A stretch of 38,183 bases of DNA from positions 1-38,183 of the forward strand of contig DATCOX010000130.1 of assembly GCA_036564495.1 (NCBI GenBank), in the 5' to 3' direction. This DNA comes from Candidatus Limnocylindria bacterium (GTDB lineage Bacteria > Chloroflexota > Limnocylindria > QHBO01). A program made the translations under genes and the position numbers. Positions within the stretch are counted from its first letter, which is position 1. The number at the start of each line of letters is the position of its first letter. Below the pieces are notes generated by a model, which searched no databases, was not told the DNA's origin, and was given only the letters and a program-made list of their open reading frames with translations. Positions 33,098 to 38,183 of the stretch are shown here, piece after piece.

Positions 33098-34377
33098 CCG
33101 CACGACGGGTGGTGGTCACCGGGCTGGGCGTGGTCTCTCCGGTCGGGATCGGGGCCGATGCGTCCTGGGACGCGCTCGTGGCCGGGCGCTCGGGGATCGC
33201 CGACATCACCCTCTTCGACACAACCGACTATCCGATCCATGTCGCCGGTGAGGTCAAGGACTTCGACGCCACCCAGTACATGGACGGCAAGGACGCCCGC
33301 CGCCACGATCGCAACACTCACTTCGCGGTGGCGGCTTCCGGCGAGGCGCTCCGAGATGCCGGGCTCCTGAACGCCGACGGCATGCTCGACACGGCGCAGG
33401 CCGACCCGGACCGCTTCGGCATGATCGTGGGCACCGCGATCGGCGGGATCGGGATGATCGCCGACGGGCTGGCCACGCTCAACGAGCGCGGCCCAAGCCG
33501 CGTCTCCCCGTTCCTGCTGCCGCACATGATCCCGGACGCCGCGTCGGGGATGGTCGCGATCCAGTACGGGATCCGCGGCCCGAACCTCGCCGTGGTGAGC
33601 GCCTGCGCGACCGGCGGCCACGCCATCGGCGAGGCGATGGAGACGATCGTGCGCGGCCAGGCCGACCTCATGCTCGGCGCAGGGACGGAGGCGGTGATCG
33701 TGCCGATCGCGTTCGCCGGCTTCGGCCAGATGCGAGCGTTGGGGACCCCCATCGATCCCGACACTGGTGCCTATGATCCGGCCATCGCCTCCCGCCCGTT
33801 CGACGCGACGCGCGACGGATTCGTGGTCTCCGAGGGCGCATCGGTGCTCGTGCTCGAGGAGCTCGAGCACGCGAAGGCCCGGGGCGCGACGCCGATCGCG
33901 GAGGTGATCGGCTACGGCTCGTCCTCGGACGCATTCCACATGGTCGCCCCCGCCGAGAAGGGCGAGGGGAGCCAGCGCTCGATGCGGGCCGCGCTCGACC
34001 GAGCCGGGATCGCGCCGGATGCGGTCGACTACGTCAATGCCCACGGCACGAGCACGCCGCTCAATGACCGGTACGAGTCGGCGGCGATCGAGGCCGTCTT
34101 CGGCGAGCACGCGTCGCGGCTGGCGGTCAGCTCCACGAAGAGCATGACCGGGCACATGATGGGCGCCGCCGGCGCCTTCGAGGCATTCGTGTGCGCCCGG
34201 GTGGTGCAGAGCGGCTGCATCCCGCCGACGATCAACTACCGGCACCCCGATCCGGAGCTGACGCTCGATTATGTGCCGAACACCGCTCGCCAGACGGACA
34301 GTCGGGTGGCGCTCTCCAACTCCATGGGGCTGGGCGGCCACAACAGCACCCTGATCCTGTCCCGGGTCGACGCGTGA
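33094..34377 (+). CDS. fabF: Beta-ketoacyl-ACP synthase II (KAS II), copy 1
   Basis: The full Cys-His-His triad context is present: VVSACATGGHAIG, NAHGTSTPLND, SSTKSMTGHMMGAAG. GLGGHN lies near the C-terminus. GTG 33094 lies inside track ORF 32920-34377. Confidence 0.92.
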   Translation: MTARRVVVTGLGVVSPVGIGADASWDALVAGRSGIADITLFDTTDYPIHVAGEVKDFDATQYMDGKDARRHDRNTHFAVAASGEALRDAGLLNADGMLDTAQADPDRFGMIVGTAIGGIGMIADGLATLNERGPSRVSPFLLPHMIPDAASGMVAIQYGIRGPNLAVVSACATGGHAIGEAMETIVRGQADLMLGAGTEAVIVPIAFAGFGQMRALGTPIDPDTGAYDPAIASRPFDATRDGFVVSEGASVLVLEELEHAKARGATPIAEVIGYGSSSDAFHMVAPAEKGEGSQRSMRAALDRAGIAPDAVDYVNAHGTSTPLNDRYESAAIEAVFGEHASRLAVSSTKSMTGHMMGAAGAFEAFVCARVVQSGCIPPTINYRHPDPELTLDYVPNTARQTDSRVALSNSMGLGGHNSTLILSRVDA

Positions 34378-34387
34378 GCGGAGACCG

Positions 34388-35647
34388 ATGAGCCGCGATC
34401 CGGCCCGTCGGGCGGTGGTCACCGGGCTTGGCGCGATCACGCCGATCGGCAACGACCCCGAGACCTTCTGGACGAGCCTGCTGGCCGGAACCAGCGGCGT
34501 GGCTCAGATCAGCGCCTACGACGCCTCGGGCGAAGAGGTGCGAATCGCGGCCGAGGTGAAGGGCTTCGACCCCGCCACCTGGATCGACTTCAAGCAGGCG
34601 CGCCGCATGAGCCGCTTCTCGCAGTTCGCCGTCGCGGCCGCAGCCCAGGCGATCGCCACGAGCGGCCTCGAGATCAGCGACGCCAACCGCAACGAGATCG
34701 GCGTGATCGTGAACACCGGTGGCGGCGGGATCGGCGACGTGGCGCTGGGCGAACGGATCTTCCTGGAGCAGGGCGGCAAGCGCGTCAGCCCGTTCATGGT
34801 GCCGATGCTCTCCCCGTCGATGGCGGCCTGCCAGATCAGCATCCAGAACGGGCTGCACGGCCCCGTGATCGCCTCGGTGGCTGCCTGCGCCTCGGGGGTG
34901 CAGGCGCTGATCGATGCCCAGCGGCTGATCGAGCATCACGACGCGGAGGTTGTCCTCGCCGGCGGGACGGAGAGCGCCATCCTGCCGGTCGCGTTCGCCG
35001 CGCTCGCCAACATGGGCGCCCTCTCGAAGCGCAACGACGACCCGGCCGGCGCATCCCGACCCTTCGACGCGAACCGCGACGGGTTCGTCTTCGGCGAGGG
35101 GGCCGCGGTGCTCACGATCGAGTCCGCCGAATATGCCGAGCGGCGCGGTGCGACCATCCTGGCGGAGGTGGCCGGGGGCGCGATGACCGCCGACGCCTAC
35201 CACATCAGCGCCCCGGACCCAACCGGAGAAGGTGCCGCGCGCGCCATGGTCCGTGCGCTGCGCGACGCCGGCGTCGCCCCCGACGAGGTGGACTACGTCG
35301 TCGCCCACGGCACGAGCACGCCGCTGAACGACGCCACCGAGACGAAGGCGATCCACCTTGCGTTCGGCGAGCATGCGGCCCACCTTGCGGTGAGCAGCAA
35401 CAAGAGCATGATCGGCCACACCCTGGGCGCCGCCGGCGCGATCTCGGCGGTTGCGGCGGTCTGCGCGATCCGCGACGGGATGATCCCGCCGACGATCAAC
35501 TACGAGACCCCGGACCCGAACTGCGACCTGGACTACGTGCCAAACGGCGCTCGGAAGGCGCCGGTGCGAACCGCGATCATCAACGGCTTCGGGTTCGGCG
35601 GCCAGAACGCGGTCGCGGTCTTCCGCCGCTACGAGGCCGCCGGCTAG
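34388..35647 (+). CDS. fabF: Beta-ketoacyl-ACP synthase II (KAS II), copy 2
   Basis: SVAACASGVQAL, VAHGTSTPLND, SSNKSMIGHTLGAAG, GFGGQN. The catalytic Cys is retained, so this is not a chain-length-factor type. GGAG lies 5 nt before ATG 34388. Confidence 0.92.
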   Translation: MSRDPARRAVVTGLGAITPIGNDPETFWTSLLAGTSGVAQISAYDASGEEVRIAAEVKGFDPATWIDFKQARRMSRFSQFAVAAAAQAIATSGLEISDANRNEIGVIVNTGGGGIGDVALGERIFLEQGGKRVSPFMVPMLSPSMAACQISIQNGLHGPVIASVAACASGVQALIDAQRLIEHHDAEVVLAGGTESAILPVAFAALANMGALSKRNDDPAGASRPFDANRDGFVFGEGAAVLTIESAEYAERRGATILAEVAGGAMTADAYHISAPDPTGEGAARAMVRALRDAGVAPDEVDYVVAHGTSTPLNDATETKAIHLAFGEHAAHLAVSSNKSMIGHTLGAAGAISAVAAVCAIRDGMIPPTINYETPDPNCDLDYVPNGARKAPVRTAIINGFGFGGQNAVAVFRRYEAAG

Positions 35648-36240
35648 CCTTCCGCCGGGTCGCCGGTGACGTACAGCTCCGGCTCGAAGCGGACACCGCG
35701 CCCTGGCAGCGACGCGACCCAATCCTTGAGCGCACTCTCAGCTGTCGAGAACGCGAGCTCGTCCCACGGGATCTCATCCGGCCCGAAGGCTCGCACCTCG
35801 CTCGTCTCGACCCCGGGCAGCGGCTTGCCGCCCACCACCGCGGCCTCGTAGATGAGCGTCACGACGCCCGCGTACGGGCGCGAGTAGGCGCCGATCAGGC
35901 GACCCACCTCGACGCGCAGCTGGGTCTCCTCCTCGGTCTCGCGGCGCGCTCCCTCCTGGGCCGCCTCGCCCAGCTCCAGGAAGCCACCCGGGTATGTCCA
36001 GCGCCCGATCCCCGGCTCGATCGAGCGTCGCGCCAGGTGGACACGTCCATCGAGCAGCGGCAGGGTGCCGACCACGAGCCGCGGATTCCGCCATGTGACG
36101 TGCCCGTTGGCGCAGACGAGGCGCGGCCGGTGGTCCTCCTCGAGCACCCGCTCGACGAGCGGCTGGCCGCAGGCCGGGCAGAAGCCCGGCTCCTCCCCCA
36201 GGGTCAGCGGCCACGTTTCGCTGGCGTCGCGCTGCGGCAT
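35644..36240 (-). CDS. NUDIX hydrolase with an N-terminal zinc ribbon
   Basis: ATG 36240. CPACG...CANGH zinc ribbon, then a Nudix box (GGFLELGEAAQEGARRETEEETQL). The stop shares a CTAG with the convergent fabF copy 2 stop. Confidence 0.88.
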   Translation of the reverse strand: MPQRDASETWPLTLGEEPGFCPACGQPLVERVLEEDHRPRLVCANGHVTWRNPRLVVGTLPLLDGRVHLARRSIEPGIGRWTYPGGFLELGEAAQEGARRETEEETQLRVEVGRLIGAYSRPYAGVVTLIYEAAVVGGKPLPGVETSEVRAFGPDEIPWDELAFSTAESALKDWVASLPGRGVRFEPELYVTGDPAEG

Positions 36241-36246
36241 GCAAGG

Positions 36247-36252
36247 ATGGTA
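36247..36252 (-). promoter_or_regulatory. Candidate -10 (TACCAT) for a leaderless NUDIX transcript
   Basis: The minus strand reads TACCAT-CCTTGC-ATG(36240), exactly 6 nt between hexamer and start, with no SD. Confidence 0.4.
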
Positions 36253-36328
36253 GATCGCCGACTTCATTGGATCTCGTCGACAGAACACCGCGGCGTCAGC
36301 CATCATGCCCCGTGCGGAGGATCCGGCA

Positions 36329-37039
36329 ATGAACAAGGTGACCCAGGTCCTGGTCGTCATCGGAGCGTTTGCTGTGGTCGGGATTGTCGGTTTGGGCGCG
36401 CTCCAACATGACAGGCTCGAGCAGGCGAGAGCAAAGCCGGTACCACTGGTCACCTTCCCCGCGCTGCCTGACGGCTGGGGAGTGGGAGCGCACGATACAG
36501 TGCTCATGCTCGCGCGTGGCCCGGTGGCGGGCAGGGCCACGGTCGCGCGGATCACGGTCTGCCGCAATGCCTACGCTGTGGCCGCGAACGGTGCGCTGGC
36601 CCACGGCCTCGACACCGATGCGACCGCCATCGCCTTCGGCCTGGCGGGACGCGACGATCTTCACAAGGTGCTCAAGGCACACAAAGTGACGCTTGCTGGC
36701 CTGGACGGCTACTACCTGGACATCACCATCGCAAAGCCCGGCCAGTTCGCCGGCGAGACGGATACCTGGCTGGCGCGTTCAGACCTGGCAAGCTGCGTGG
36801 TGGTCCTCGACACCTCGGACGAAGACCCGGGTATCGACCCGGCGACCCAGGTGACGGTGCCGGTCATCGTTCGTATGGGCATCTTCACCCTGCCTGATGG
36901 CGGCAACCTCATGGTGCTGATCGCCAGCGAAGGCATCGGAACCAGGGCGACGCCGGACATGACCGATATCGACGAGGCGACCGCTATCGTCGACACCTTC
37001 ACATTCCACACGGAAGCGCACCAGGTGCTCGCCCCGTGA
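36329..37039 (+). CDS. Hypothetical membrane-anchored (N-terminal TM) protein
   Basis: ATG 36329 lies 8 nt after GGAGGA (the track ORF starts at 36305). It has an N-terminal TM (VTQVLVVIGAFAVVGIVGLGAL) and then a domain of about 200 aa in which I recognise no motif. The stop overlaps the MFS start (GTGA 37036-37039). Confidence 0.62.
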   Translation: MNKVTQVLVVIGAFAVVGIVGLGALQHDRLEQARAKPVPLVTFPALPDGWGVGAHDTVLMLARGPVAGRATVARITVCRNAYAVAANGALAHGLDTDATAIAFGLAGRDDLHKVLKAHKVTLAGLDGYYLDITIAKPGQFAGETDTWLARSDLASCVVVLDTSDEDPGIDPATQVTVPVIVRMGIFTLPDGGNLMVLIASEGIGTRATPDMTDIDEATAIVDTFTFHTEAHQVLAP

Positions 37040-38183
37040 CCGCCGCGCCCGTGCCCGCCTCTGCCCCGGTCGGCCCCTTCGCGATCTTCCGCAACCGGTA
37101 CTTCGTCTACCTCTGGACCGGCCAGCTCATCTCGACCATCGGCGACGCGCTGACCTCGCTGGCCGCGGGGATCATCGTCTTCCAGGTAACCCACTCGATC
37201 CTGAACGTCGGGATCATGCTCATGCTCTCGTCGATCCCTACCCTGGTCTTCGGCCTGGTGGCCGGCGTGTTCGTGGACCGATTCGACCGCAAGACGATCA
37301 TGGTCGCATCGGTCGTCATCCGCGCCGGCCTGGTGGCCGCCATCCCGCTCAGCCTGGCGCTGACGAACGACATCCTGTGGCTGTACGTCATCGTGCTGCT
37401 GTCCGCATCCGTCCAGCAGTTCTTCGACCCGGCCAACGACAGCGTCCTGCCGGAGATCGCATCCGACGAGGAGCTGGCCGCGGCGAACTCGCTGATGGCT
37501 ATTGCTCAGTTTGGGTCGACGGCCGTCGGCTTCGCGCTGGCTGGCCTGCTCATCGGAACCAGCCAGGAGCTTGTCTTCTGGATCGACGCGGCCACGTTCC
37601 TCTTCGCGGGCCTGATGATCTCGCTGGTCGCCGTCAAGCCGCTCGAGGTCGAGGAGGAGACCACGGTGCGCGACATCGTGCGCAACCTCGGCGTCGGCGC
37701 GCGGTTCATCCTCAGGTCGCCCGTGCTGCGCTCCGCGACCATCCTGCGCGCCCCTGCGATGGTGGTGTTCGGCCTCCAGGCCGTCCTGCTCCTGCCGTTC
37801 GCGATCACGGTCCTCAAGGCGACCACGTTCGAATACGGCCTGCAGGAAGCCATCACCTCCATCGGCTTCGTCCTAGGCAGCCTGCTGATGGCCCGATACG
37901 CGGAGCGTATCCGCGAGGGGAGCTGGCTGGTGCTCAGCTTCCTGGGGATGGGGATCGCCGGGCTGCTGTACGCCCTCAGCTCCAACATATGGATGGCGAT
38001 CGCCCTGATCGGCGTCTCCGGGGTGCTGAACGCGCCGTCGTTCGTGGCCAGCCGCCTCATCAACCAGCGCAACACGCCGCGTGAGATGCGCGGCCGGGTC
38101 TTCAGCACGATCTACGTCACCCGCGAGGTGATGTACCTGATCGGGATGGGCCTCGCTGGCCTGGCCGATATCTGGGATGTGCG
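37036..38183 (+). CDS. MFS transporter (partial, 3' end outside the window)
   Basis: This frame is not in the ORF track because it has no stop within the window. My translation from GTG 37036 reads VTAAPVP...FAIFRNRYFVYLWTGQLISTIGDALTSLAAG...VDRFDRKTIM... It has repeated hydrophobic helices typical of the MFS_3/EntS-like drug-exporter group. Confidence 0.85.
   Translation, partial: MTAAPVPASAPVGPFAIFRNRYFVYLWTGQLISTIGDALTSLAAGIIVFQVTHSILNVGIMLMLSSIPTLVFGLVAGVFVDRFDRKTIMVASVVIRAGLVAAIPLSLALTNDILWLYVIVLLSASVQQFFDPANDSVLPEIASDEELAAANSLMAIAQFGSTAVGFALAGLLIGTSQELVFWIDAATFLFAGLMISLVAVKPLEVEEETTVRDIVRNLGVGARFILRSPVLRSATILRAPAMVVFGLQAVLLLPFAITVLKATTFEYGLQEAITSIGFVLGSLLMARYAERIREGSWLVLSFLGMGIAGLLYALSSNIWMAIALIGVSGVLNAPSFVASRLINQRNTPREMRGRVFSTIYVTREVMYLIGMGLAGLADIWDV

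Overview
This is a high-GC (roughly 70% by eye) bacterial chromosomal segment that is almost fully coding, with one tRNA and about 38 protein genes. The content is core housekeeping rather than accessory.

Gene order:
- Plus strand, 196-9984: tRNA-Ala(GGC); a translationally coupled block of GNAT acetyltransferase, two tandem paralogous SAM methyltransferases and leuS; then comEA, comEC, an HD-domain hydrolase and holA.
- Minus strand, about 19950 down to 9994: pyrG, an M3-like metallopeptidase, rho, an Amidase_3 lipoprotein, an M23 peptidase, obg, nadD, rsfS and a small zinc-ribbon ORF.
- Plus strand: a UbiA-family prenyltransferase.
- Minus strand: DUF2203-psuK-psuG, then an internally duplicated hypothetical protein coupled to a 50-aa membrane miniprotein that is absent from the ORF track.
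- Plus strand: an agmatinase-family gene.
- Minus strand: aldehyde dehydrogenase, Rieske protein, an 8-TM membrane protein, a MoaD-MoaE fusion and a zinc-ribbon/proline-rich membrane protein.
- Plus strand: a membrane protein, an M20 peptidase, fabD and two tandem KAS-II genes.
- Then a NUDIX gene (minus), a hypothetical gene (plus) and an MFS transporter that runs off the window.

I found no CRISPR array, transposase or integrase, phage genes, rRNA, or recognisable defence or toxin-antitoxin module. I cannot honestly point to a convincing novel multi-gene system.

The strongest sequence-level signals are:
1. A recurring TAnnnT hexamer placed 6-9 nt upstream of the start codons of operon-first genes that lack Shine-Dalgarno sites, which suggests leaderless transcription. 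One such pair fills a 46-nt divergent spacer.
2. The comEC frame stays open for 343 nt over the downstream HD gene, whose candidate -10 element lies inside that tail.
3. rsfS has no canonical start codon. A strong SD built from rare Arg codons sits in front of an ATA that overlaps the nadD stop.
4. An orphan MoaX-like MoaD-MoaE fusion sits in an aldehyde dehydrogenase / Rieske / membrane-protein operon.
5. A fabD-KS-KS locus has no acpP, fabG or fabH.
6. A two-repeat hypothetical protein is coupled by an ATGA overlap to the untracked miniprotein.

Four-nt ATGA/GTGA start-stop overlaps are pervasive. The many long antisense ORFs in the track look like high-GC artefacts.
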